From contig DWWX01000020.1 in assembly GCA_019119495.1 (NCBI GenBank), positions 57,738 through 121,737 of the forward strand: a DNA stretch of 64,000 bases, given 5' to 3'. Source of the DNA: Candidatus Gemmiger stercorigallinarum (lineage in GTDB: Bacteria; Bacillota; Clostridia; Oscillospirales; Ruminococcaceae). Positions 45,613 through 55,191 of the stretch are shown in pieces. Positions within the stretch are counted from its first letter, which is position 1. The number at the start of each line of letters is the position of its first letter. A program made the position numbers and the translations under genes. The notes beneath the pieces were generated by a model. That model saw only the letters and a program-made list of their open reading frames with translations, had not been told where the DNA came from and made no database searches.

Positions 45613-46553
45613 CTGAAGAAATGAACCAGACCCCCAACCTGCTGCGGGGCATTTCGGAAAACGGCGGCGTCGTGTTTTACGGCGTCGATTCCACCGAGAT
45701 CGTCCGTCAGGCCGAGCAGTTCCATAAGACCAGCGCCGTCACCACGGCCGCGCTGGGCCGCCTGCTGACCGCCGCCTCAATGATGGGCATGATGCTGAAA
45801 AGCCGTCGGGATTCCATCACGCTGCAGATCAAGGGCGGCGGCCCCGCCGGCCGGCTGCTGGCCGTCTCGGACGGCAGCGGCAACGTCAAGGGCTATGTGC
45901 AGAACCCGGTGGTGGAGCTTCCGCCCCGCGCCGACGGCCACCTGGATGTGGGCGGCGCGGTGGGACGCGACGGCACGCTGGACGTCATCCGTGATCTGGG
46001 GATGCGGGAGCCTTACATCGGCCAGGTGCCGCTGGTCTCCGGCGAGATCGCCGAGGACATCACCCAGTATTTTGCCATCAGCGAGCAGGTGCCCACCGTC
46101 TGCGCGCTGGGCGTGCTGGTCAACCGGGACCTGACCGTGCAGTGCGCGGGCGGCTTTATCGTCCAGCTGCTGCCCGGCGCCACCGACGACGAGATCGACC
46201 GGCTGGAAGCCAACATCAAGGCCATGCCCGCCGTTACCACTATGCTGGCCGAGGGCAAAAGCATCCGCGATATGCTGGACCTGGCGCTGGACGGCTTTGC
46301 GCCGGAGATCCTGGACAGCGAGCACGTGGCCTATCTCTGTGACTGCAGTGCGGACCGGGTCAAGCGGATGCTGTACAGCCTGGGCCGCAAGGAAGTGGAG
46401 AATCTGCGCGCCGAGGACCCCATCGCCGAGGTCAACTGCCAGTTCTGCGACAAAAAGTACCACATCGACCTGAACGAGCTGCTGGCAGACTGGCCTACGC
46501 CGGAACAGCAGCCCGGCGATGGGGACGGCGCACCGCAGGATGCGCAGGAATAA
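45609..46553 (+). CDS. hslO: Hsp33 redox-regulated chaperone
   Basis: AALGRLL, SGEIAED, SEQVP, CDC...CQFC zinc motif. Confidence 0.95.
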   Translation: MTEEMNQTPNLLRGISENGGVVFYGVDSTEIVRQAEQFHKTSAVTTAALGRLLTAASMMGMMLKSRRDSITLQIKGGGPAGRLLAVSDGSGNVKGYVQNPVVELPPRADGHLDVGGAVGRDGTLDVIRDLGMREPYIGQVPLVSGEIAEDITQYFAISEQVPTVCALGVLVNRDLTVQCAGGFIVQLLPGATDDEIDRLEANIKAMPAVTTMLAEGKSIRDMLDLALDGFAPEILDSEHVAYLCDCSADRVKRMLYSLGRKEVENLRAEDPIAEVNCQFCDKKYHIDLNELLADWPTPEQQPGDGDGAPQDAQE

Positions 46554-46585
46554 ATGCACCGCGGAAGAGAAAGGGGAGAGCAACT

Positions 46586-47344
46586 GTGGAATTGAGACCC
46601 TATGAGTACCGCGAGGACTTTTTTGTCTACCGCCACGACGGCGACTATCTGGGCAACATCCAGCCCGGCAGCCTGTTCCGCTACGCCCAGCAGGTGGCCA
46701 ACACCCAGTGTGCGGTGATGGGCATCACCGACGAGACCTACGCCAAAACCAACACGGCCTTTCTGCTGGCGCGGCAGGCGCTGCACATTTCGCACATGCC
46801 CCACGTGGACGAGAAGCTGACGATGATCACCGCGCCGGAGCGGATGCGCCACGCCGTCAACAAGCGGCTGTACACGGTCTACGATTCCAACGGCACCGAG
46901 CTTGCCTTTATCGACAGCCGCTGGGTGCTGGTGGACCTGGACAAGCGCACCATCCTGCGCACCCGCCCGCCGGAGCTGGACGGCCCCTGGGCCGAGGAAA
47001 GCCTGCCCCGCTCGCTGCCCATGCGGCTGAAAAAGGCCGAGACGACCGAGGAGGCCGGCGCCTGCACCGCGACCTATTCCCGCTGCGATATGAACGGCCA
47101 TCTGAACAACAGCCGGTATGTGGATATCGTGATGGACGCGCTGCCGCTGGAGCTGTTGCAGACCCATGCGGTGGAGGACCTGGTCATTTATTACCACATC
47201 GAGGTCCCCCTGGGGGACAGCTTTGTGCTGCGCCGCGGCCGGCTGGAAGAAAACAAATGGTACTTTGCCGGCTGGCGGAAGGATGCCTGCCTGTTTGAGG
47301 TCAACCTGACGCTGCGCCCCCGCGCCGAACTGGAAGCCCGCTGA
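46586..47344 (+). CDS. Acyl-ACP thioesterase family protein
   Basis: Double hotdog fold; SRWVLVD, DMNGHLNNSRY. Confidence 0.85.
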   Translation: MELRPYEYREDFFVYRHDGDYLGNIQPGSLFRYAQQVANTQCAVMGITDETYAKTNTAFLLARQALHISHMPHVDEKLTMITAPERMRHAVNKRLYTVYDSNGTELAFIDSRWVLVDLDKRTILRTRPPELDGPWAEESLPRSLPMRLKKAETTEEAGACTATYSRCDMNGHLNNSRYVDIVMDALPLELLQTHAVEDLVIYYHIEVPLGDSFVLRRGRLEENKWYFAGWRKDACLFEVNLTLRPRAELEAR

Positions 47345-47427
47345 GCGCGAAGGGCCGCCATACCCGGAACAAGGGAGAGAAAGAGCAAAAAGTGAAAAAA
47401 GAGTTACAACTTTTTTACAAATTCCCC

Positions 47428-47456
47428 TTGACAAACGGTGTCAAAAGGGTTACAAT
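47428..47456 (+). promoter_or_regulatory. SigA promoter with no downstream CDS before a terminator
   Basis: TTGACA-17 nt-TACAAT; -35 is half of the palindrome TTGACA-N5-TGTCAA. Confidence 0.75.
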
Positions 47457-47461
47457 TTAGT

Positions 47462-47548
47462 TGCAAGTTAATTACAACCACTTTTTCATGTGTTCTTCTC
47501 CTCCTTTCTGAAACCCCCGCCTTTCCCTCAGGCGGGGGTTTCGCCTTG
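47462..47548 (+). ncRNA. Candidate small regulatory RNA with anti-Shine-Dalgarno seed
   Basis: Lies between consensus promoter and 12-bp hairpin GAAACCCCCGCC/GGCGGGGGTTTC; contains CCACTTTTTCATGTGTTCTTCTCCTCCTTTC. Confidence 0.6.
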
Positions 47549-47791
47549 TCTTTGGCTTTTGAGGGCAGCGCCTTGCGTCAGCAGCGAAAAAAGAGCAGGG
47601 AAGTATGACTTTCTCTGTACGGGATACGGCAATTTCCACAACTTTCTTGACAGGTTTCGAAAAAAGATTCTACACCCGAAAATTTTGTGTTTTGTCCGCG
47701 GATATGGTACAATCATCGTTAAACAGAATGTTCACAGCCTGATAAACTGCCTGCCCAGGCGGCCGGGCGCAACAAAGAAAAGGAGAAGCAA

Positions 47792-49294
47792 ATGGCATAC
47801 TATTTCAGCGAGCCTTCCCGCACCTTTGGCGAATATCTTCTGGTTCCCGGTTATTCTTCTTCCGAGTGTATCCCCGACCGCGTCAGTCTGCGGACCCCGC
47901 TGGTCAAATACCGCAAAGGGCAGGAAGAATGCCCCCTGTCCATGAACATCCCCATGGTGTCGGCCATCATGCAGTCGGTTTCCGGCGAGAATCTGGCGAT
48001 CGCGCTGGCCAAGCAGGGCGGCATCTCTTTTATCTACGGCTCCCAGAGCGTCCAGTCGGAAGCCGACATGATCCGCCGCGTCAAGGCGTACAAGAAGGGC
48101 TTTGTCACTTCTGACTCCAACCTGCCGCCGGAGGCCACCCTGGCCGACGTACTGGACCTGAAAGTCCGTACCGGCCATTCCACCGTCGCCATCACCGACG
48201 ACGGCAGTGCCCACGGCAAGCTGCTGGGCCTGGTGGCTTCCCGCGATTACCGCCTGTCCCGCATGAGCCGCGAGCTGAAAGTCACCGAGTTCATGACCCC
48301 CATCGAGAAGCTGGTGACCGCCCCTGCCAGCACCAGCCTGCACGACTGCAACGACATCATCTGGGACAACAAGATCAACACCCTGCCCCTGATCGATGAG
48401 CAGGGCCGTTTGCAGTACATGGTGTTCCGCAAGGACTACGACAGCCATAAGGAGAACGTCAACGAGCTGCTGGACGCCAACAAGAGCTATGTGGTGGGCG
48501 CTGGCATCAATACCCGCGATTATGCCGAGCGCGTGCCCGCGCTGGTGGACGCCGGCGTGGATGTGCTGTGCATCGACTCCTCCGAGGGCTTCTCGGAATG
48601 GCAGGCCCGCACCCTTTCCTGGATCCGGGAGCATTACGGCGACAAGGTCAAGGTCGGCGCAGGCAACGTGGTGGACCGCGAGGGCTTTTTGTTCCTGGCC
48701 AAGGCCGGCGCCGATTTTGTCAAGATCGGCATCGGCGGCGGCTCCATCTGCATCACCCGCGAGACCAAGGGCATCGGCCGCGGCCAGGCCACGGCGGTCA
48801 TTGAGGTGGCCAAGGCCCGCGACGAATACTACGAGCAGACCGGCATCTATGTGCCCATCTGCTCCGACGGCGGCATCGTCCAGGATTACCACATCACGCT
48901 GGCGCTGGCCATGGGGGCCGACTTTGTCATGCTGGGCCGCTACTTTGCCCGTTTTGACGAAAGCCCCACCAACCGTCTGCGCGTCAACGGCAACTACGTC
49001 AAGGAGTACTGGGGCGAAGGTTCCAACCGCGCCCGCAACTGGCAGCGGTACGACCTGGGCGGCGCACAGAAGCTGAGCTTTGAGGAAGGCGTGGACAGCT
49101 ACGTGCCCTATGCCGGCCCGCTGGCTGACGGCGTGCAGACCACCCTGTACAAGGTGCGCAGCACCATGTGCAACTGCGGTGCGCTGAGCATTGAGGAGCT
49201 GCAGCAGAAAGCCCGACTGACGGTCGTCTCCTCCACCAGCATCGTCGAGGGCGGCAGCCACGACGTTATCCTGAAAAACCAGGCACAGAGCTGA
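47792..49294 (+). CDS. guaB: IMP dehydrogenase (with CBS domains)
   Basis: [25 protein letters not shown] catalytic Cys, SDGGI, EEGV; TGnTACAAT at ~47705-47713. Confidence 0.95.
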   Translation: MAYYFSEPSRTFGEYLLVPGYSSSECIPDRVSLRTPLVKYRKGQEECPLSMNIPMVSAIMQSVSGENLAIALAKQGGISFIYGSQSVQSEADMIRRVKAYKKGFVTSDSNLPPEATLADVLDLKVRTGHSTVAITDDGSAHGKLLGLVASRDYRLSRMSRELKVTEFMTPIEKLVTAPASTSLHDCNDIIWDNKINTLPLIDEQGRLQYMVFRKDYDSHKENVNELLDANKSYVVGAGINTRDYAERVPALVDAGVDVLCIDSSEGFSEWQARTLSWIREHYGDKVKVGAGNVVDREGFLFLAKAGADFVKIGIGGGSICITRETKGIGRGQATAVIEVAKARDEYYEQTGIYVPICSDGGIVQDYHITLALAMGADFVMLGRYFARFDESPTNRLRVNGNYVKEYWGEGSNRARNWQRYDLGGAQKLSFEEGVDSYVPYAGPLADGVQTTLYKVRSTMCNCGALSIEELQQKARLTVVSSTSIVEGGSHDVILKNQAQS

Positions 49295-49314
49295 CCGCTG
49301 CCTGTAAAACAAGC

Positions 49315-49356
49315 AAAGCCCTGCCCCTCCGCAGCCCGGAGGGGCAGGGCTTTTTG
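49315..49356 (+). terminator. Terminator after guaB
   Basis: AAAGCCCTGCCCCTCCG...CGGAGGGGCAGGGCTTTTT. Confidence 0.85.
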
Positions 49357-49450
49357 CCGTCAGCGCCGCAGGTGACGCAAAAAACAGCCGGAACGCGCCT
49401 TTTATAAGCGCGTCCCGGCTGTACGTTTTTGCGGCAGGGAATGGCTTCCG

Positions 49451-50416
49451 TCAGATCAAAGCGGCGGTGATCAAAGCCATCTTGTAGACTTCCTCGGCGT
49501 TGCAGCCGCGGGACAGGTCGTTGATGGGGGCGTTCAGGCCCTGCAGGATGGGGCCGTAAGCCTCAAAGCCGCCCAGACGCTGAGCGATCTTGTAGCCGAT
49601 GTTGCCGGCGTTGATGTCGGGGAAGATAAAGGTGTTGGCGTAGCCGGCCACCTTGCTGCCGGGGGCCTTCAGCTGGCCGACCTCCGGGGCGACGGCAGCG
49701 TCAAACTGCAGCTCGCCGTCCACCTTCAGATCGGGGGCCAGTTCCTTGACGCGGGCGGTGGCGTTGTGCATCTTGTCCACGCTGTCGCCCTTGCCGGAAC
49801 CGAAAGTGGAATAGCTCAGCAGCGCCACGCGCGGGTCGATGCCGAACACCTTGGCGGTCTCGGCGGTCTGCAGGGTGATCTCGACGATGTCGTCCTCGGC
49901 CGGTTCGATGTTGATGGCGCAGTCGCCCATGGCCAGGCACTCATCGCCGCGCATCAGGATAAAGCAGCTGCTGACCGACTTGACGCCGGGCTTGCACTTG
50001 ATCAGCTGCAGGGCGGGGCGGACGGTGTCGGCGGTAGAGTAGGTGGCGCCGCCCAGCAGGCAGTCGGCCTTGCCCATCTTGACCAGCATGGTGCCGAAGT
50101 AGTTGCTCTTGCTCAGCGCGGCGCGGCACTGCTCCTCGGTCATCTTGCCCTTACGCAGGGCGACCATCTGGGCGACCATCTCGTCAAAGCCCTCATAGTT
50201 GGCAGGGTCGATGACGGTGGCCTTGCTCACGTCAAAGCCGCCCTCCTCGGCAGCCTGCTTGACGGCGTCGGGCGCAGCCAGCAGGATGACGTTCAACACG
50301 CCGTTTGCCAGCAGGCGGCTGGCCGCGCTGAGGATACGGGCGTCGGTACCCTCGGTAAAAACAATGGTGCGGGGAGTTTCCTTCAACTGTGTCTCGAACC
50401 GCTCAAAAATGCTCAT
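49451..50416 (-). CDS. pta: Phosphate acetyltransferase
   Basis: IVFTEG.D.R, DCAIN, ALLSYST.GSG, DGELQFDAA, GNIGYK, NDLSRGC. Confidence 0.95.
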   Translation of the reverse strand: MSIFERFETQLKETPRTIVFTEGTDARILSAASRLLANGVLNVILLAAPDAVKQAAEEGGFDVSKATVIDPANYEGFDEMVAQMVALRKGKMTEEQCRAALSKSNYFGTMLVKMGKADCLLGGATYSTADTVRPALQLIKCKPGVKSVSSCFILMRGDECLAMGDCAINIEPAEDDIVEITLQTAETAKVFGIDPRVALLSYSTFGSGKGDSVDKMHNATARVKELAPDLKVDGELQFDAAVAPEVGQLKAPGSKVAGYANTFIFPDINAGNIGYKIAQRLGGFEAYGPILQGLNAPINDLSRGCNAEEVYKMALITAALI

Positions 50417-50632
50417 CTGATATGTACCTCCGATCTTTCTGGGGCGTGTTTTACAAAAAAACGACCCTTACATCAGCTTATTTTGATTATAACATCAATT
50501 TCCTGCTTTGCAAAGAGCAAATTGCAAATCTGTCGCTTTTGCACAACCGCAGCCCTGCATGGGGCTGGACTGTCGAGAAAGTAAGCGGTTTTTGTGGGCG
50601 GCGGCCCCTCCGCCGCAAATATGAAAGTCCGA

Positions 50633-51397
50633 TTAAAGTCCATACATCAAGGCGGGGACGGCAAAGGGCAGCTGGCGCTCCCAGCTGGCCTCGCAGTGCT
50701 CGCCGCCGGGGACGACCCGCGCGGTCAGCGGCACATGGCGCTGCAAAAGGCGGGCGCAGGCGTCGGCAAAGCCGGCCCGCATGGCAGCGTGGTTGGCAAA
50801 CTCTCTGGCGCCGTAATCCATGTACACCACGGTGGAAGGACCCAACCTGGCTTGGCCGATCTCCTGTGCCAGCTGTTCCGGCGAGACCCACAGCGAGGGC
50901 GACAGCGCCATTGCGCGGGAAAACACCTGGTTGTACGCCGTTACGGCATACAGGCTCATCAGGCCGCCCATTGAGCTGCCGCCGATGAAGGTATGCCGCC
51001 GGTCGGGCAGGGTGCGGGCGCGGCGGTCGATCTCCGGCTTAAAGCTGCGGGCAAACCATTCCATCGTTTCGCGGCCGAAAGCCTTCACGTTCCCAAAGCG
51101 CGGGTTGCGGAAAGGGTAGGGGGTGTATTCGGCCAGCCGCTCGTTGTTGGGGCCGTGGTTGCACTCCACCGCGGCCACGATCAGCGGCGTCCGGGTGCGG
51201 TCCAGATACTCCGCCATCCCCCAGCTTTTGCCGTAGGTGGCGTGGCTGTCAAAAAAGACGTTGTGGCCGTCGAACATATACAGCACCGGAAAGCGGCGCT
51301 CCGGCTCGGCGTCGTAGCAGGCGGGCAGATACAAATACGCCCGGCGCTCTGCGGTGCCGTCCACGCCCGGTACCGAAAGATTCCAGTATTCTACCAT
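50633..51397 (-). CDS. Putative esterase (alpha/beta hydrolase)
   Basis: YLP..Y, PVLYMFDGHN, GSSMGG, SPSLW, HCEASW. Confidence 0.88.
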   Translation of the reverse strand: MVEYWNLSVPGVDGTAERRAYLYLPACYDAEPERRFPVLYMFDGHNVFFDSHATYGKSWGMAEYLDRTRTPLIVAAVECNHGPNNERLAEYTPYPFRNPRFGNVKAFGRETMEWFARSFKPEIDRRARTLPDRRHTFIGGSSMGGLMSLYAVTAYNQVFSRAMALSPSLWVSPEQLAQEIGQARLGPSTVVYMDYGAREFANHAAMRAGFADACARLLQRHVPLTARVVPGGEHCEASWERQLPFAVPALMYGL

Positions 51398-51532
51398 GGT
51401 TCAGGCTCCTTCTGAATAAAATGCACCTTCCCGCGCGGCCGGGACCGGCAGGAAAGGTACAGCATACGATATCAGTGTAACACAGAGCCATGGCAAATGC
51501 AATTTTGCCTTTTGCGGCCGGTCCCGGCCGCC

Positions 51533-52810
51533 CTATGCCCCGGATGCGGCGCGCAGGGCGGCGCATTCCTGCGCGGCCAGTTCCGGCCAGGCGGCATTTT
51601 CAAACAGGGAGTCGTAGCGGTACAGTGCGGTGCCGGCAATGCCCTGTTCCGCCAGCCACCGTGCCTGGCCGGCCAGCGCCCCGCCGGACTGCCATTCGCT
51701 GCCGTTGTCTGAGCCGTCGCCTTCCCCGATGCGGTAGGCCCCCAGCCCCACATACAGCTGTACCTCCCCGCAGCGGGGCAAAGTCTGCCACCGGGCCAGC
51801 ATGCGGTCCAACGCCAGCGCGGTGCTGCCGCCGGTCTCGTACTCCAGGCCCCAGTACAGCTGGGGCATCAGGTAATCGGCATAGCCTGGCTCGGCCAGCC
51901 AGCGGGCCACGTCGCTGTACTGGCCGTCATAGTTGTTTTCCAGGCTGCCCTGGGGCGCAATGCCAAAGCGCACGCCGGCCCCGTGGGCGGCGGCGTAGCA
52001 TTTTGCCACCAGCGCGCTGACGTTTTCCCGCCGCCACTCTGCCTGCGTCAAGGTGCCGCCGCCGGACCGGTAGGCGGCATAGGCGTCGCCGTCAAAAGCA
52101 GGGTCGGTGGTGGGATAAAAGTAATCGTCAAAGTGGATGCCGTCGATCTCATACCGCCGGCAGAGTTCCTCCACGCCGGCGGCAATGTGATCCTGCACTT
52201 CCGGCAGGGCCGGGTCCAGCCAAAGGCCACCCGCGGCTTCGCGCACCCAGCCGGGATGCAGCGCGGCAAGGCCGGTGTCGGCCAGGGCGGCGGGCGTACC
52301 GCCCGCCTGCAGGCGGTAGGGGTTGATCCAGGCTTCTACCTCCAGGCCACGGGCATGGGCCTGCTCCAGCAGGATGGCCAGCGGGTCAAAGCCGGGGTCC
52401 TGCCCCTGCGTACCGGTACACAGGTGGCTGAAAGGGAAAAGCTCGCTGGAATAAAGCGCATCGCCAAATGGCCGCACATGGGCAATGACAACATTGGCCC
52501 CGATGCCGGCACAGTTGTCCAGCATGGCGGCAATGTCTGCGGTAAACTGCTCGCTGCCGGAAAAGTCGGTGTGCTGCCATTCCAGGTACGAGATCCACAC
52601 GGCGCGGTATCCGGCAGTTTCGGCGCTTTCCGGGGAAGAAACGCTTTGGGACGGCGAAACGGAGGGCGGCGGAGAGGGCAGGGCGGCGCTCTCCGCCGTG
52701 GCGGGAACCGGCGGGCCGCCAGGCCCCAACAGGGCGGGCAGCAGAAGCCCGGCCGCGCAAAGCGCAGCCAGGCAGGAAAACAGGGCGAAAACGCGCAGGA
52801 AACGGCGCAA
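51533..52810 (-). CDS. GHL10-family glycoside hydrolase-like protein (YddW/DigH-like), N-terminally anchored
   Basis: RAVWISY, VRPFGDALY, DPL...AH.RGL.V.AWINPYR, DGIHFDDYFYP, DYLMPQLYW; TTG start after GGGAGG. Confidence 0.88.
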   Translation of the reverse strand: MRRFLRVFALFSCLAALCAAGLLLPALLGPGGPPVPATAESAALPSPPPSVSPSQSVSSPESAETAGYRAVWISYLEWQHTDFSGSEQFTADIAAMLDNCAGIGANVVIAHVRPFGDALYSSELFPFSHLCTGTQGQDPGFDPLAILLEQAHARGLEVEAWINPYRLQAGGTPAALADTGLAALHPGWVREAAGGLWLDPALPEVQDHIAAGVEELCRRYEIDGIHFDDYFYPTTDPAFDGDAYAAYRSGGGTLTQAEWRRENVSALVAKCYAAAHGAGVRFGIAPQGSLENNYDGQYSDVARWLAEPGYADYLMPQLYWGLEYETGGSTALALDRMLARWQTLPRCGEVQLYVGLGAYRIGEGDGSDNGSEWQSGGALAGQARWLAEQGIAGTALYRYDSLFENAAWPELAAQECAALRAASGA

Positions 52811-52944
52811 ACCGGGCACCTCCCGCTTGCATGGGGCGCAAAGGCAAGCAAAGCCGATAAACACGGTTTTGCCAGCTCTTGACGCCTGCAGGAATGGCGG
52901 ATACCCAAAGGATATGCGCCGGTCCCCGGTTTTAGCCGCTGCAT

Positions 52945-52984
52945 AAAAAACCGGCTGTCCCTTGAAAAAGGGACAGCCGGTTTG
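52945..52984 (-). terminator. Terminator after Fur-family gene
   Basis: AAAAAACCGGCTGTCCCTT...AAGGGACAGCCGGTTT. Confidence 0.85.
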
Positions 52985-52996
52985 CTCAAAATCGAT

Positions 52997-53380
52997 TTAC
53001 AGGTTTTCCTGCCGGGCGCAGTCGCTGCACAGGCCGAATACGCTCAGGAAATAATTGTCCACCCGGATATCCGGGCAGGCTGCGACCAGCTCCCGGATCG
53101 ATTCTTCCGGGATGGGCAGGGTGATGACCCTGCGGCATTTGCGGCAGAACATATGCTGATGAACATTCAGCTCGCCGTCAAAGCGGTCTGCTTCGCCGGG
53201 GATGGAGACACGCCGGACTTTGCCGATCTCCACCAGCGTGTTCAGGTCACGGTAGACGGTGCCCAGGCTCAGCCGCGGGCAGACCTCCCGCAGAGAGGTG
53301 CAGATCTGCTCTGCGGTGGGGTGATCGTTGCGCGAAAGAACCTCCTTCAAGATCAGTTCGCGCTGATGTGAATAACGCAT
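52997..53380 (-). CDS. Fur-family transcriptional regulator (PerR-like)
   Basis: QRELIL, DHPTAE, SLGTVYR, RFD, HQH.FCRKC, GLCSDC. Confidence 0.92.
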   Translation of the reverse strand: MRYSHQRELILKEVLSRNDHPTAEQICTSLREVCPRLSLGTVYRDLNTLVEIGKVRRVSIPGEADRFDGELNVHQHMFCRKCRRVITLPIPEESIRELVAACPDIRVDNYFLSVFGLCSDCARQENL

Positions 53381-53476
53381 TTCGTTTCTCCTTTGTTTAT
53401 ATACTTCCTTTTATACTTTACACACCCTGTGCCGCCGACAACGGATGCCAAAGACACCCGTTCAGCGTAAAAGATT

Positions 53477-53513
53477 TTACAGTAATTGTAATAATAAGTG
53501 ATTTATTTGTCAA
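53477..53513 (-). promoter_or_regulatory. SigA promoter with overlapping Per/Fur-type box
   Basis: Minus-strand TTGACA-17 nt-TACAAT; 7-1-7 repeat TTACAGT-A-ATTGTAA (53477-53491) over the -10. Confidence 0.7.
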
Positions 53514-53779
53514 CCTGTTCAATTGTGATAAATTTGTGAAAATAAATAAAATATAAAAAGCAGATAACGAATCTACGTGTATCTGAAAGAGATACTTTTT
53601 CCCAAAAGGGCAGGAACGGACGGAATGCGCGCGGATTGGATATGTACTTTCGTTGTAATGCCTCAGATTTGCAAAATTAAATATTTTTTGTGCCTGCCGC
53701 CGCCAGACAGGCTGCGGCGGCAGAAAAAGCGCCCCGAAAGCGCCGGCCGGCACTTTCGGGGACAGGAAAACATTCAGTG

Positions 53780-55045
53780 TCAGCGCCGGTGCTTGATGCG
53801 CTCCCAGTAGGCTGCGGCTGCCTGCTCGGTCTTGTTATCGCCAAAGGTGTAGTAATGCGCGTTCTTCAGCGCATCGGGCAGATACTGCTGCTCCACCCAG
53901 TGGCCGGGATAATCGTGGGCGTATTTGTAATGCTGGCCCTTGACGGCGGCGTCCTCGCCGTCGTAGTGCTTGTTTTGCAGCTGCCGGGGGATGGGGCCGG
54001 TTTTGCCGGCCTGCACGTCCGCCATGGCGGCGTTCAGCGCCGTGTGGGCGGTGTTGGATTTCGGGCTGGTGGCCACCAGCACCACGGCGTCGGCCAGCGG
54101 CAGCTGGGCTTCCGGCAGGCCCAGCATGTTGGCGGCGTCCACGGCGGCCTTGACGATGGGGATGATCTGCGGCCAGGCAAGCCCCACATCCTCGCAGGCG
54201 GTGACCATCAGGCGGCGGCAGGCGGATACCAGATCCCCGGCCTCCAGCAGCCGGGCCAGGTAATGCAGCGCCGCGTCCGGGTCGGAGCCGCGCATCGACT
54301 TTTGGTAGGCGGAGATGATGTCGTAATGGTCGTCGCCCTGCCGGTCGTAGCGCATGGCGGTATGCTGGGCCACCTGCTGCACCATGTCCAGCGTCACCGT
54401 GCGGCGGCCGTCCTGCACCGGCGCGGCGGTCACGGCAAATTCCAGGTTGCCCAGCGCCTTGCGCATATCGCCGCCGGCGCTGTGCGCCAGATAGTCCAGC
54501 GCGTCAGGGGCCATATCGATCTCGCAGTTCTGCTCACTGCCCAGGCGGACGGCGGCATTGTGCAGGCCCTGCGCGATATCCTGCGCGTTCAGCTGCTTGA
54601 ACTCGAACACGGTGCAGCGGGAGAGCAGGGCGTTATAGATGTAAAAATAGGGGTTCTCGGTGGTGGAGGCGATCAGCGTCACGGTGCCCTGCTCGATGCA
54701 TTCCAGCAAGCTCTGCTGCTGCCGCTTGTTGAAATACTGGATCTCGTCCAGATACAAAAGGATACCGCCCTCGCCGGCCAGGGTGCCCACATCGGCCAGC
54801 ACCGCTTTGATGTCGCCGGTGGAGGCGGTGGTGCCGTTGAGCTTGTGCAGGTGCATGCCGCTGTTTTGGGCGATGATGCCCGCCACGGTGGTCTTGCCCA
54901 CGCCGGAAGGCCCGTAAAAGATCATGTTGGGGATGCGGCCGCTGTCGATGGTGCGGCGGAACACCTTGTCCTTCCCCAAAAGATGCTGCTGGCCGCATAC
55001 CTCGTCCAGCGTGCGCGGCCGCAGCCGCTGTGCCAGTGGTTCCAT
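53780..55045 (-). CDS. rarA: Replication-associated recombination protein A
   Basis: PLAQRLRP, GQQHL, GPSGVGKT, STTENPYF, KSMRGSDPDAA, EDVGLA, QQYLP. Confidence 0.95.
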   Translation of the reverse strand: MEPLAQRLRPRTLDEVCGQQHLLGKDKVFRRTIDSGRIPNMIFYGPSGVGKTTVAGIIAQNSGMHLHKLNGTTASTGDIKAVLADVGTLAGEGGILLYLDEIQYFNKRQQQSLLECIEQGTVTLIASTTENPYFYIYNALLSRCTVFEFKQLNAQDIAQGLHNAAVRLGSEQNCEIDMAPDALDYLAHSAGGDMRKALGNLEFAVTAAPVQDGRRTVTLDMVQQVAQHTAMRYDRQGDDHYDIISAYQKSMRGSDPDAALHYLARLLEAGDLVSACRRLMVTACEDVGLAWPQIIPIVKAAVDAANMLGLPEAQLPLADAVVLVATSPKSNTAHTALNAAMADVQAGKTGPIPRQLQNKHYDGEDAAVKGQHYKYAHDYPGHWVEQQYLPDALKNAHYYTFGDNKTEQAAAAYWERIKHRR

Positions 55046-55191
55046 GTTGCCCTCCTGCCGGTGTTGTGGGTGCCGCCCGGATTTTGGGCGCATTACTTGC
55101 ATTATAGCGCAGCGGCGTGGTAGAATCAACCAGGGAAGTCCGGGCGCCGCGGATGTGCCGCCCGCCTGCCGGAGAGGAACGTGAAAAAGGC

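Noticed and set aside
47550-47791. Purine riboswitch before guaB
   Set aside because: No TATAA...TTTCTACC...CCGTAAA aptamer pattern is visible.
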